Shown here piece by piece: positions 18,228 to 28,452 of a stretch of 56,134 nucleotides of DNA (the stretch's first letter is position 1; every line of letters starts with the position of its first letter). The position numbers were made by a program, and so were the translations under genes. Under the pieces are notes generated by a model. That model saw only the letters and a program-made list of their open reading frames with translations, searched no databases and had not been told where the DNA came from. Source of the DNA: Faecousia sp. GTDB lineage: Bacteria > Bacillota > Clostridia > Oscillospirales > Oscillospiraceae. Location: positions 1 to 56,134 of the forward strand of contig JAZQWQ010000108.1 of assembly GCA_045632385.1 (NCBI GenBank), in the 5' to 3' direction.

Positions 18228-19634
18228 TTAAGCAAGTCCTAAATCTACCAAGGCAATTTTACCATAATCAACCTTTATAGGCCACTCCTTCTTTGCATCA
18301 TCCAGCATTTCCGTAGTACGCTCGGAGAGCAAGGAAGTTTTTGCAGTCTGCAGCCAGTGCTGCTCACCGGAAACGAAATACATAATGTGATAGCCCTTAT
18401 AGTGGTCGAAGTCAGCCTTGACGATACCCACATCACCGGGTTTACGATTTACATCAATAGCCCAAGTTTCAAAAGGCTCGACCATACCGGAACCTTTGTA
18501 AATCTCCTCATACAGACCACCAGTGCTTGCAGAACCCTCATCAGCAGTATTACCGGCAACCAAACTGATAAAGGATTCCTCGCTGGCCTCGCCGCCCTTC
18601 CACTGTTCCAGAAGCGCTTCTGCCTTTGCAAGACATGCTGCCCATTCTGCTTCAGTGTAGGTTGTGACACCGGTTTCCTCATTTGTTGTGCCGCCTTCTG
18701 GGGAAATCAGGATATGACGGACAGAAGAAATCAAGCCACTGTCAAAGGTAATGCCGCTTTCAGAGAATTGATTTTCGTGGTCTTCAAAGTAAATCTTTGC
18801 CTCCTCATCAGTAGGCATCATCTTATCATACTGAGTGCTGTAATAATTATTGCCAAAATATGCGATCTTGATATATGACAGATAGTCCTCCTGGGTGCAT
18901 CCGGGACCGATAATATCGGCCAGCATAGCATCCACAGATTCATACTCGCCTTCCTTAGCCTGTTTTTCCAAAGAAGCCGGAAGCTCCTCCAAGGACTTCT
19001 GCCATTCTTCGCTTAAAGTAAAGTTATCAGCTTCAGCCAAACAGGCCAGAGTCTGATAGTTCTGCCAGGTCTCAATGGCAATCTTCAGAAAATACTGTTC
19101 CCAAGTCATTGTATCATCGTAGTAACAGGACTGTTCACTCAACGGCTTGGTCAAATCCAAAGACAGGTAGGAAATGTAATCACCATAGTAATTCAGAAAA
19201 TCCATAACCTGCATACGATAGTAGATCTGCAATTGCGTGTTTGTCAGCGTTTTGCCGTTCATGGATGCAATAACGACATCTTTCTGCTTTGCTGCCTTAT
19301 CGTCTGTAATGGTGTATACATCCTTCTTATAAATATCATTGGCCTTGGGAAGGAGTCTGACGCCCATAGAATTCAGAAGCACAACAGCCAAAATAGCCAG
19401 GACTGCAACAGCGCCAACAATAGCCAGAACAATGGGCCACACCTTTTTCTTTGGGAAATACTCCTCTACAGGCGCAGCAGCAATTACTGCTTCTTCCTGA
19501 ACTTCTTCCTGAACTTCTTCCTGAACTGCTTCCTCAGCGACCTCAGGTGCTTCCTCATCAGTCAGGTTCTTACCGCAATAAGGGCAGATTTTAAAATCTT
19601 CCTGAATTTCGGCATTGCAAAATTTACAATTCAT
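18228..19634 (-). CDS. Membrane-anchored parvulin-type peptidyl-prolyl isomerase (PrsA-like) with N-terminal zinc ribbon
   Basis: CKFC...CPYC, one TM, SVRHILI, GGLYE, MVEPFE.W and GYHIMY parvulin motifs. Confidence 0.85.
   Translation of the reverse strand: MNCKFCNAEIQEDFKICPYCGKNLTDEEAPEVAEEAVQEEVQEEVQEEAVIAAAPVEEYFPKKKVWPIVLAIVGAVAVLAILAVVLLNSMGVRLLPKANDIYKKDVYTITDDKAAKQKDVVIASMNGKTLTNTQLQIYYRMQVMDFLNYYGDYISYLSLDLTKPLSEQSCYYDDTMTWEQYFLKIAIETWQNYQTLACLAEADNFTLSEEWQKSLEELPASLEKQAKEGEYESVDAMLADIIGPGCTQEDYLSYIKIAYFGNNYYSTQYDKMMPTDEEAKIYFEDHENQFSESGITFDSGLISSVRHILISPEGGTTNEETGVTTYTEAEWAACLAKAEALLEQWKGGEASEESFISLVAGNTADEGSASTGGLYEEIYKGSGMVEPFETWAIDVNRKPGDVGIVKADFDHYKGYHIMYFVSGEQHWLQTAKTSLLSERTTEMLDDAKKEWPIKVDYGKIALVDLGLA
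19491..19526 (-). repeat. 12-bp tandem repeat x3 (encodes VQEE x3)
   Basis: ttcttcctgaac three times, in frame, in the acidic linker. Confidence 0.9.
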
Positions 19635-19755
19635 TTTTTGCCTCTTTCTCCCCAAAATGGGAATGTAATGAAAATAGTTTAACACGTCGTTAAATAAAAT
19701 GCAAGAAATTAAAAATTTAAATATTTATTAATATGTAAAAAGCATTCATTTTTCC

Positions 19756-19784
19756 TTGCAAAGAGGGCAAAAAAATGCTATTAT
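19756..19784 (+). promoter_or_regulatory. Sigma-A-like promoter for miaB operon
   Basis: TTGCAA-17bp-TATTAT with extended TG. Confidence 0.6.
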
Positions 19785-19820
19785 TTAAAATTGAGATAGT
19801 TTAATTTGAGGAGCACTTCC

Positions 19821-21224
19821 ATGAACACAAAAACAAACGTAATTTCCAGACAAGATTTGAATGTTCAACTGGAATACTGTGATAAAATCAGTGGCTACTG
19901 GCACGAACGGGACTGCGTTCCCACCGCCTACGTTGAAACCTATGGTTGTCAGCAAAACGAAGCGGATTCTGAACGATTGCGTGGTCTGCTCGCCCAAAGC
20001 GGCTATGTAATGGCAGACCAGGCAGAAGGTGCTGATGTGGTGATTATGAACACCTGTGCCATCCGGGAACATGCAGAGCAGCGCGTCTTCGGTAATCTGG
20101 GCGCGTTGACCCATACCAAGCGCCGCCACCCCCGGCAGAAAATCTTTCTTTGCGGCTGTATGGCCGGTCAGGATACGGTGGTAGAACGGATTCGAAAAAG
20201 CTTTCCCCACGTAGACGGTGTGTTTAACACACACCATTTGTGGCAGTTTCCGGAAATATTATATCGTGTGCTAACCCTCGGAAAACGCACATATTTCATA
20301 GAGGATGAACCCGGCTCTATTGCAGAAGGTCTTCCCCAATTGCGTGACAACAAACTAAAAGCCTGGGTATCCATTATGTACGGCTGTAATAATTTTTGCA
20401 CCTACTGCATCGTTCCCTATGTGCGAGGAAGGGAACGCAGCCGTAAATGTGAAGATATTCTCCAGGAATGTCGACAGGTTATTGCACAAGGCGCAAAAGA
20501 GATCACCCTCTTGGGACAGAACGTAAACTCCTACGGCAAGGATTTGGACGATAACATTGATTTTTCGGATCTACTGCAAAAAATCGCAGAAATTCCCGGT
20601 GATTTTCTCATTCGCTTTATGACCAGTCACCCCAGGGATGCCGGCAAGAAGCTGTTTGATACTATGGCCGCAACACCAAAGATTGCAAAGCAGCTGCACC
20701 TTCCCTTCCAATCCGGTTCCAGTCGGGTACTCAAAGCTATGAATCGGCATTATGACCGAGAAAAATATCTGGAACTCGTCGCCTATGCCAAATCTGTTAT
20801 GCCGGATCTGGTGCTGACCTCTGACGTGATCGTTGGCTTCCCCGGAGAAACAGAAGAAGAATTTGAAGAAACGATTTCCCTTATCGAGAACGTTCGCTAC
20901 GATGCTTTGTTTACGTTTATCTTTTCTCCCAGAGGTGGAACTCCTGCAGCAACTATGGAGGATCCCACACCCAAAGAAGAGAAAAATCGCAGGTTTGACA
21001 AACTCTGCAATATACAAAACAGTATTTCCGAAGAAATTCATAAAGAATATATCGGCAAGGTCTTGCGTTGTCTTGTAGACGGCAAAGACGGAGATCATCT
21101 TACCGCGCGTACAGAAGGTGGACGATTGGTGCGATTCTCCGGCAACAAAGAATTGGTTGGATGCTTTACCCAGATAAAGATTACCGGCGCAACTACCTGG
21201 AGCTTAACAGGAGAGCTTGCCTGA
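19821..21224 (+). CDS. miaB: tRNA-2-methylthio-N6-dimethylallyladenosine synthase
   Basis: TYGCQQN..DSE, NTCAIRE, CNNFCTYC radical-SAM motif, TRAM-like end; GAGGAG RBS. Confidence 0.96.
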   Translation: MNTKTNVISRQDLNVQLEYCDKISGYWHERDCVPTAYVETYGCQQNEADSERLRGLLAQSGYVMADQAEGADVVIMNTCAIREHAEQRVFGNLGALTHTKRRHPRQKIFLCGCMAGQDTVVERIRKSFPHVDGVFNTHHLWQFPEILYRVLTLGKRTYFIEDEPGSIAEGLPQLRDNKLKAWVSIMYGCNNFCTYCIVPYVRGRERSRKCEDILQECRQVIAQGAKEITLLGQNVNSYGKDLDDNIDFSDLLQKIAEIPGDFLIRFMTSHPRDAGKKLFDTMAATPKIAKQLHLPFQSGSSRVLKAMNRHYDREKYLELVAYAKSVMPDLVLTSDVIVGFPGETEEEFEETISLIENVRYDALFTFIFSPRGGTPAATMEDPTPKEEKNRRFDKLCNIQNSISEEIHKEYIGKVLRCLVDGKDGDHLTARTEGGRLVRFSGNKELVGCFTQIKITGATTWSLTGELA

Positions 21225-21239
21225 AAGGAAACAATCACT

Positions 21240-23843
21240 ATGGCAGAAAAGAAAAATGAGCCAACCCCTATGCGGAAACAATATAATGCCATCAAGGAAA
21301 ACAACAAAGATTGTATTTTGTTCTTCCGACTTGGTGACTTTTATGAAATGTTCGACGAGGATGCGCGGCTAGCGGCAAAAGAGCTGGATCTGACCTTAAC
21401 GACACGGGACAGAGGCAAGCCTAAGGAAGAGCAATCTCCTATGTGCGGTGTTCCCTACCACTCTGTAGATGCCTATATTGCCCGTTTGATTGCAAAGGGT
21501 TATAAGGTTGCTGTCTGCGAGCAAATGGAAGATCCTGCTTTGGCAAAAGGTATTGTACAAAGGGATGTCAGTCGCATCATTACCCCTGGTACTGTCACCG
21601 AGAGCTGTATGCTCGATGAGTCCAAAAACAACTATATCTGTTGCTTATACGGCGAAGATGGTCGCTTTGGTCTGGCTTTTTGCGATGTGTCGACCGGTGC
21701 GTTCTTTGTCACTGTGTGCTCTGACCCCCAATCTGCCGCATCCGAGCTTGGCAGGTTCTCCCCTTCTGAAGTCATTCGCGGCGGTCAGGATGTATTGGAT
21801 CCGGTCTTCCAGGATGCGCTGTTCAACCGACTTAGCTGTTGCGTAAACGAAGAAAAGCCGGAGGCTTTTGATTTTGCCAACTCCCAGACGATTTTGGAAA
21901 TCCACTTTGGTCTGCCCTTGGCACAACTGGGCTTGACCGGCTCGCAAAGCGCAACCATTGCAGCAGGAACACTCCTGAAGCATCTGCAATTTGTTCAGAA
22001 GAACGATTTTGCCCATATTCGCCAATTGCAGTTCTACACCTCCGGTGTGTTTATGGAGCTGGATATGGATGCCCGTAGAAATCTGGAACTAATAGAAACA
22101 ATGCGTTCCAAAGAGAAAAAAGGTACACTTCTATGGGCTTTGGATAAAACAAAAACAGCAATGGGCAGCAGAATGCTGCGCAGCTGGCTGGAAAAGCCTC
22201 TATTGGATGCCGCGGAAATCGTCCGCAGACATTCTGCTGTTGAAGAATTGGTCAATAATACCATTGTCAGGGGTGAACTTGCCGAAGCCTTATCCGATGT
22301 TTCTGACCTGGAACGTATCACTGCCCGCGTCGTCACAGGCACAGTAAATTGTCGTGATTTGTTGGGGCTTGCCCGGGGTTTACGTGCCCTCCCACTCGTA
22401 AAGGCTCGTCTGCATGGCAGTGAATGTGCACTGCTGCAACGGCTTGAGCAGGCCATTGATCCGCTGGATGATTGGGCTGATCGTATTGAAAACACATTCG
22501 TAGACGATCCTCCCTTGACCGTCCGGGAAGGCGGTATGATCAGACCCGGTGCCAATGAAGAAGCCGACCGCTTGCGCGATATCATGAATGGTGGTGCCGG
22601 AACAATTGCAGCCATTGAAGCTTCTGAGCGAGAAAAAACCAATATCCGCACATTGAAAGTCGGTTACAACCGGGTATTTGGCTACTACATTGAAGTGTCC
22701 AAATCCTTTATTGGACAAGTTCCCGAGCATTACATCCGCAAGCAGACCCTTACCAACTGCGAACGTTATATCACGCAGGAATTGAAGACTCTGGAAGATC
22801 AGGTGCTTACCGCAAAGGATCGTCTTACTGCATTGGAATATCAGATCTTCACCCAGTTACGTGAGGAGCTAGCTACCCACGCAGCCAGAATCCAGCTTTC
22901 CGCTGCAGCTGTAGCCCAAACAGACGTTCTCTGTTCTTTGGCTGCTGTCGCTGTGAAATGGGGCTATTGCCGTCCGGAGATCACCCTGGGAAATGAGATC
23001 TCCATTACAGATGGCCGTCACCCTGTGGTGGAACAAATGCTCAGCGATACGCTGTTTGTCCCCAATGATACAGATCTGGGTGCGCAAGACAATCAGGTTG
23101 CAATCATTACCGGTCCGAATATGGCTGGTAAATCTACCTATATGCGTCAGGTAGCGTTAATTGTCCTGATGGCGCAAATGGGTTCATTTGTACCTGCGCG
23201 CAGCGCAAAGCTTGGTCTGGTAGACCGGCTATTTACAAGAATCGGCGCAAGCGATGACTTGTCCTCCGGACAGTCTACCTTTATGGTGGAAATGTCCGAG
23301 GTTGCAAACATTCTGAAATATGCTACCGCAAAGAGCCTGTTGATTCTGGACGAGATCGGCAGAGGCACATCTACGTATGATGGTATGTCCATTGCACGAG
23401 CCGTGCTGGAGTATGCCGCGAGCCCACGACATTTAGGCGCAAAAACGCTGTTTGCTACCCACTACCACGAATTGTCCACCATTGAGCAACAGCTTCCCAA
23501 TGTAAAGAATTATAATATCTCCGTGAAAAAGCGCGGTGATAAAATGATCTTCCTGCGTAAGATTGTCCCCGGTGCTACCGATGACAGCTATGGCATCGAA
23601 GTTGCCAAGCTGGCAGGACTTCCCAACAGTGTAGTACAGCGCGCCCGGGAAATTCTGAAAGAATTAGAGGATGAAGGTATCGCCCCTGTAAAGGTTGTAA
23701 AACAAGAACAGGATGATCAGATGAGTATGCTGGACTTGAATGCCCAGCAAGTCTGCGCCGCCCTGGAAGCGATCACCGTGGAAACACTTACCCCTATCGA
23801 AGCTATGAACGAACTATATAAACTGAAGAAGATGTTGAATTGA
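21240..23843 (+). CDS. mutS: DNA mismatch repair protein MutS
   Basis: TPMRKQY, GDFYEMF, GPNMAGKST, STFMVEM, DEIGRGT and ATHYHEL. Confidence 0.98.
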   Translation: MAEKKNEPTPMRKQYNAIKENNKDCILFFRLGDFYEMFDEDARLAAKELDLTLTTRDRGKPKEEQSPMCGVPYHSVDAYIARLIAKGYKVAVCEQMEDPALAKGIVQRDVSRIITPGTVTESCMLDESKNNYICCLYGEDGRFGLAFCDVSTGAFFVTVCSDPQSAASELGRFSPSEVIRGGQDVLDPVFQDALFNRLSCCVNEEKPEAFDFANSQTILEIHFGLPLAQLGLTGSQSATIAAGTLLKHLQFVQKNDFAHIRQLQFYTSGVFMELDMDARRNLELIETMRSKEKKGTLLWALDKTKTAMGSRMLRSWLEKPLLDAAEIVRRHSAVEELVNNTIVRGELAEALSDVSDLERITARVVTGTVNCRDLLGLARGLRALPLVKARLHGSECALLQRLEQAIDPLDDWADRIENTFVDDPPLTVREGGMIRPGANEEADRLRDIMNGGAGTIAAIEASEREKTNIRTLKVGYNRVFGYYIEVSKSFIGQVPEHYIRKQTLTNCERYITQELKTLEDQVLTAKDRLTALEYQIFTQLREELATHAARIQLSAAAVAQTDVLCSLAAVAVKWGYCRPEITLGNEISITDGRHPVVEQMLSDTLFVPNDTDLGAQDNQVAIITGPNMAGKSTYMRQVALIVLMAQMGSFVPARSAKLGLVDRLFTRIGASDDLSSGQSTFMVEMSEVANILKYATAKSLLILDEIGRGTSTYDGMSIARAVLEYAASPRHLGAKTLFATHYHELSTIEQQLPNVKNYNISVKKRGDKMIFLRKIVPGATDDSYGIEVAKLAGLPNSVVQRAREILKELEDEGIAPVKVVKQEQDDQMSMLDLNAQQVCAALEAITVETLTPIEAMNELYKLKKMLN

Positions 23844-23844
23844 T

Positions 23845-24534
23845 ATGAAAAAACTTTCCGCTACAATGCCAAAAAAGTTAATAACATTTGGTCTTATCTA
23901 TATCGCACTGCAGCTTTTGGTCTTACCGCTGGTGCTTACCTGGGGTAACTGGATCCTGGGTTCTCCCCTGTCCGACACTTCCCTGAATTTTGTTTTCTTT
24001 GCATTTAACTTTTTGGTAATTACCGTAGCATACCGCAATTTTCTTAGTGAGAATTTCAAGCTTTTTCTGTATAGACCCTGGCGAGTACTTCGATTCGCCG
24101 GCGCAGGACTTATGCTGTACTGGGTTGCAAGCATTGCAGTCAGTTATCTGATATTGAAAGTATATCCGGATTTTTTCAATGCCAACGACATTTCTATTTC
24201 CCAGATGGTAACGGAAAATTATGCTTTGACAAGTTTCGGAACGATCATTTTAGTGCCGGTAGTCGAAGAAACCCTTTACCGGGGTGTTGTCTTCGGTGGT
24301 ATTTTTCATAAAAGACCGGTGCTGGCTTATATCGTTTCGGCCGCCGTTTTCAGCATAATTCATCTGCTGGGTTATATCAGTATCTACACTCCATTGCAGC
24401 TGTTATTATGTTTTGTGCAATATCTGCCTGCCGGAATATGTCTTGCCTGGGCATATGAAAAGGCCGATTCTATTTGGGCGCCAATTCTTATTCACATTGC
24501 CGTCAACCAGGTCGGCACCTACTCTATGAGGTGA
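23845..24534 (+). CDS. CPBP (CAAX/Abi) family intramembrane glutamic endopeptidase
   Basis: EETLYRG, FSIIH and HIAVN motifs; multiple TMs. Confidence 0.9.
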   Translation: MKKLSATMPKKLITFGLIYIALQLLVLPLVLTWGNWILGSPLSDTSLNFVFFAFNFLVITVAYRNFLSENFKLFLYRPWRVLRFAGAGLMLYWVASIAVSYLILKVYPDFFNANDISISQMVTENYALTSFGTIILVPVVEETLYRGVVFGGIFHKRPVLAYIVSAAVFSIIHLLGYISIYTPLQLLLCFVQYLPAGICLAWAYEKADSIWAPILIHIAVNQVGTYSMR

Positions 24535-24538
24535 TTCT

Positions 24539-26461
24539 ATGGCAAAAATCATTCAACTTTCTACCCACGTTGCCAATTTAATTGCCGCCGGTGAGGTGGT
24601 CGAACGGCCAGCCAGCGTTGTGAAGGAACTGCTGGAAAACGCAGTAGATGCCGGTGCAACGCAAGTCACCGTGGAGATCCGGGATGGTGGTATGACCTTT
24701 ATCCGGGTAACGGATAACGGTTGCGGTATGGACGAAGAGGATGCCAAAGCCGCATTTTCCCGTCACGCAACCTCCAAGTTGCGTACTGCTGAAGACCTGG
24801 CTGCCATTTCTACTATGGGCTTCCGTGGTGAGGCCTTGGCTGCCATTGCTTCTGTCAGCCGCATTGACCTTTTGACAAAAACAAATGGCAGCGTAGCCGG
24901 TGTCAGCCTGCACCTGGAAGCTGGCGTCATCACCGAAGAAAACGAAGCAGGATGCCCGGATGGCACAACAATCATTGTCCGGGATCTGTTTTTCAACACC
25001 CCGGCACGTATGAAATTTATGAAGGCCGACACTGTCGAAGGCGGCCGTGTAGCAGGTGCAATACAATTACAAGCGCTTGCCCATCCTGAAGTTGCATTCC
25101 GTTTTCTCCGGGACGGCAAAGAGGTTTTGTCTACTCCCGGTAACGGTGGTTTGGAAGCTGCCATTTACTGCGTATACGGAAAAGATGGCGGCAGAATGGT
25201 TAAGCTGGACAGCCGCTGGGAAAATTACACCCTGACAGGCTATGTATCCAAGCCTACAGATGCTCGTCCCAGCCGCAATTTACAAACGTTCTTTGTCAAT
25301 GATCGCCCAGTCAAATCAAGACTTTTGATTGCAGCCTTGGAAGAAGCTTACCGCAACCAGCTGATGGTAGGCAAATTCCCGGCTTGTGTATTACATTTAA
25401 CATTGCCGGCCAATGCTGTTGATGTCAATGTGCATCCGGCAAAAACGGAAGTAAAATTCCTCAACGAAAAGGCTGTCTTTGATTGCATACATTATGGTGT
25501 TCTGGGTGCGCTGAACAAGACCCCGGACAGACCCCAAATGCAGTTTAAGTCTGTACCTAAGCAAGCCGAACCTGTTCCGGCTAAGGCAACAGCAGAACCA
25601 GTTAAACCGGAACCCAAACAAGAGAATTTCTTCCGCACTATGACGGCGCAGGAATATAAAAATTTCTCCGCCGCAGTTGCGCAGGCACCAAAGCCCAATC
25701 CGGAAGCTGCCATTGCCGCTGCGAAAATGATTGAACGCACGCCAGTCTTCCATCAGAGTGTTCAGCTGCCGGATCTGAAGCCGGAAAAGCTTGCACAAAT
25801 CCCTGAACCCGTCATCCAAACTGCACCTGTTAAAAAAGAAGAAAATATTCCGCAGCCTGAGCCTGTTCAGGAGGCGTTTGCTATGCCACAAGTGCAGCCC
25901 TGGCGGTTTGTTGGTGAATTGTATAATACGTATATTCTTGTGGAGCAGGGTGACGAGGCTTTCTTGATTGATAAACACGCGGCCCACGAGCGAATTTTAT
26001 TTGAAAAACTCAAAAAAAATCCGGAGAGCATCAGTTCTCAGGCATTGCTTACCCCCCTGCCCTGCAGATTAAATCCGGAAGCTGTTTCTTTGCTTCTTGC
26101 CAACAGTTCTTCTTTGGCAGAATTAGGCTTTGAAATCGATGAATTCGGCGATAATACTCTGCTTGTTCGGCAAATTCCGATGGATCTTGCAGTAGAAGAT
26201 GTTCAGGATTCTCTTGAGATGCTGGCAGAAAATTTGCAAAACGGCCGCAAAGAAAAGTCTAGTGAAGTACGGGATGAAATGCTCCATACGGTTGCCTGCA
26301 AAGCTGCCATCAAGGCAGGCTGGAAAACAAGCGAAAAAGAGCTGCTTGTTTTGGCAACGGCCGTTATGGAACGTGAGGATCTGAAGTACTGTCCCCACGG
26401 TCGTCCCATTTGCATCAGCCTGAGCAAGAAGCAATTAGAAAAGCAATTTAAGAGGAGTTAG
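24539..26461 (+). CDS. mutL: DNA mismatch repair endonuclease MutL
   Basis: IAAGEVVERPASVVKEL, GFRGEAL, DVNVHPAK, DKHAAHERILFE, ACK and CPHGRP. Confidence 0.98.
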   Translation: MAKIIQLSTHVANLIAAGEVVERPASVVKELLENAVDAGATQVTVEIRDGGMTFIRVTDNGCGMDEEDAKAAFSRHATSKLRTAEDLAAISTMGFRGEALAAIASVSRIDLLTKTNGSVAGVSLHLEAGVITEENEAGCPDGTTIIVRDLFFNTPARMKFMKADTVEGGRVAGAIQLQALAHPEVAFRFLRDGKEVLSTPGNGGLEAAIYCVYGKDGGRMVKLDSRWENYTLTGYVSKPTDARPSRNLQTFFVNDRPVKSRLLIAALEEAYRNQLMVGKFPACVLHLTLPANAVDVNVHPAKTEVKFLNEKAVFDCIHYGVLGALNKTPDRPQMQFKSVPKQAEPVPAKATAEPVKPEPKQENFFRTMTAQEYKNFSAAVAQAPKPNPEAAIAAAKMIERTPVFHQSVQLPDLKPEKLAQIPEPVIQTAPVKKEENIPQPEPVQEAFAMPQVQPWRFVGELYNTYILVEQGDEAFLIDKHAAHERILFEKLKKNPESISSQALLTPLPCRLNPEAVSLLLANSSSLAELGFEIDEFGDNTLLVRQIPMDLAVEDVQDSLEMLAENLQNGRKEKSSEVRDEMLHTVACKAAIKAGWKTSEKELLVLATAVMEREDLKYCPHGRPICISLSKKQLEKQFKRS

Positions 26462-26464
26462 ACC

Positions 26465-27400
26465 TTGGATAAAATCATATGTGTTGCCGGCCCTACTGCC
26501 TCCGGAAAAACAGCCTTAGCGGTCGCTCTTGCAAAAGCACTGGACGGTGAAGTGATCTCCTGTGATTCGATGCAAATTTACCGCAGAATGGACATTGGCA
26601 CAGCAAAACCCACCAAAGAGGAAATGTGTGGCATCCCCCATCATATGCTGGATGTCGCAGATCCGGATGAGGATTTCTCCGTCAGCCGCTACTGCGAATT
26701 GGCGGATACGACCTTACAGGACATCCTGGCAAGAGGTAAACCTGCTATCATTGCCGGTGGTACCGGACTGTATATGGATGCACTGATTAAAGGAAATTCC
26801 TTTGCCCCCTATCCCTCCACCGGAATGCGGGAAAAACTGGAAGAACAGGCAGAGCATGACGGTATGGAAGCAATGCTGGAGCTCCTTCGAACTATTGATC
26901 CGGAAGCTGCCGGCAGACTCCATTTGGCAGACAGAAAGCGTATTATTCGCGCCTTGGAGGTTTACTACGAAACCGGTGAAACTATCACAGAACACAACAG
27001 GCGCACACAGGAAATCCCGCCAAAATATCAGCCGGTGTGGTTTGCCTTGGAAGATGAAAACCGGGAAGATCTGTATGCGCGGATCGACCACCGTGTAGAA
27101 ACTATGTTAAAAGATGGTCTGCTGGAAGAGATCAAAAATCTACTTGCCGGTGGTATCCCTGAAAAGTGTACTGCAATGCAAGCAATCGGCTATAAGGAAT
27201 ATGTAGATGCATTGCAAGGACGCTGCTCTGTCGAGGAAGCTACTGCATTGGTACAGCAAGCATCCCGGCATTATGCCAAACGTCAGCTAACTTGGTTCCG
27301 CAGAAATAAAGATATACACTGGCTGGTGCGAAAACCCGGGGAAGGCACAAATGAAATTCTTCAAAAAGCCCGACAGTTTTTGACAGCTTTTGACAACTGA
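26465..27400 (+). CDS. miaA: tRNA dimethylallyltransferase
   Basis: GPTASGKT, DSMQIYR.MDIGTAKP, GGTGLY and YAKRQLTWF. Confidence 0.97.
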   Translation: MDKIICVAGPTASGKTALAVALAKALDGEVISCDSMQIYRRMDIGTAKPTKEEMCGIPHHMLDVADPDEDFSVSRYCELADTTLQDILARGKPAIIAGGTGLYMDALIKGNSFAPYPSTGMREKLEEQAEHDGMEAMLELLRTIDPEAAGRLHLADRKRIIRALEVYYETGETITEHNRRTQEIPPKYQPVWFALEDENREDLYARIDHRVETMLKDGLLEEIKNLLAGGIPEKCTAMQAIGYKEYVDALQGRCSVEEATALVQQASRHYAKRQLTWFRRNKDIHWLVRKPGEGTNEILQKARQFLTAFDN

Positions 27401-27455
27401 ATAATGGTAAGATTTATGTATCCCACCGGGAATTTCAAAGAAAGAGGGAATACAT

Positions 27456-27677
27456 ATGTCTGAACAACTCAATTTACAGGATGCCATTTTAACAGAAGTG
27501 CGGCGGGACAAAGTACCTGTCACATTGTTTTTAATGAATGGTTTCCAGCTCCGGGGTGTAATCACCGGCTTTGACAGCTTTGTGGTTGTACTGGTGACGG
27601 ACGGCAAGCAGCAAATGATTTACAAGCATGCCATTTCCACACTGGCCCCCATTCGCACGCTAAAAGCAGCACTATAA
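27456..27677 (+). CDS. hfq: RNA chaperone Hfq
   Basis: [14 protein letters not shown]...FD.F, YKHAIST; follows miaA. Confidence 0.97.
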   Translation: MSEQLNLQDAILTEVRRDKVPVTLFLMNGFQLRGVITGFDSFVVVLVTDGKQQMIYKHAISTLAPIRTLKAAL

Positions 27678-27680
27678 GCA

Positions 27681-27708
27681 AAAGGCGACGGAGCAAACCG
27701 TCGCCTTT
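27681..27708 (+). terminator. Hairpin/weak terminator after hfq
   Basis: aaaggcgacgg / ccgtcgccttt perfect stem, short T tail. Confidence 0.65.
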
Positions 27709-27725
27709 ATACTTTGGAGGATACT

Positions 27726-28421
27726 ATGTCCATTACAGAAAATGTAAAGAAAATTAAAGAAGAAATTGCAAAAGCCGCCCTGGCCTGCGGAAGAGATCCG
27801 GAAGAAATCTTGCTTTGCGCCGCAACAAAAATGAATGACAGTTACAATGTACGTCAGGCGATTGCCGCAGGTGTGGACTGCTGCGGAGAAAACCGTGTAC
27901 AGGAGCTGACACAAAAATTAAGCGAAAATGCATACGCCGGTGCGCCTGTGCATTTTATTGGTCACTTGCAGACCAACAAAGTCCGACAGGTCGTGGGTAA
28001 AGTTGATCTCATTCAAAGTGTGGATAGCCTTCGGCTTTTAGAGGCCATCGAGAAAGAGGCCGGGAAACAAAATTTAATTCAGGATATTCTTTTGGAAATC
28101 AATGTCGGTTTGGAGGAAAGTAAATCCGGTTTTTCTGTGGAAGAAGTTCCGGAAATCTGTGAAAAGATCTCCCGTTTTTCTCACATTCGTGTCCGTGGAT
28201 TGATGGCTATTCCGCCAATTTCACACTTTTCCGGTGAAAATCGAAAATTTTTTCAAAAAATTTGCAACCTTTCTGTTGACATAACGGCAAAAAAATACGA
28301 TAATGTATGCGTAGATATATTGTCTATGGGTATGTCCAACGATTATACGGATGCCATTGCCTGCGGCAGTACGATGGTGCGGGTCGGCACAGCGATATTC
28401 GGTCAGCGTAACTATGGATAA
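27726..28421 (+). CDS. yggS: PLP homeostasis protein YggS/YlmE
   Basis: AATK, GENRVQE, HFIGHLQTNK, LSMGMS.D and VRVGTAIFG.R. Confidence 0.96.
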   Translation: MSITENVKKIKEEIAKAALACGRDPEEILLCAATKMNDSYNVRQAIAAGVDCCGENRVQELTQKLSENAYAGAPVHFIGHLQTNKVRQVVGKVDLIQSVDSLRLLEAIEKEAGKQNLIQDILLEINVGLEESKSGFSVEEVPEICEKISRFSHIRVRGLMAIPPISHFSGENRKFFQKICNLSVDITAKKYDNVCVDILSMGMSNDYTDAIACGSTMVRVGTAIFGQRNYG

Positions 28422-28452
28422 TGACATATAGATTTTAGGAGGATATAGACAA

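Noticed and set aside
19686-19745. Very AT-rich stretch as a possible replication origin
   Set aside because: Short, no DnaA-box cluster seen; consistent with a divergent promoter/UP region.
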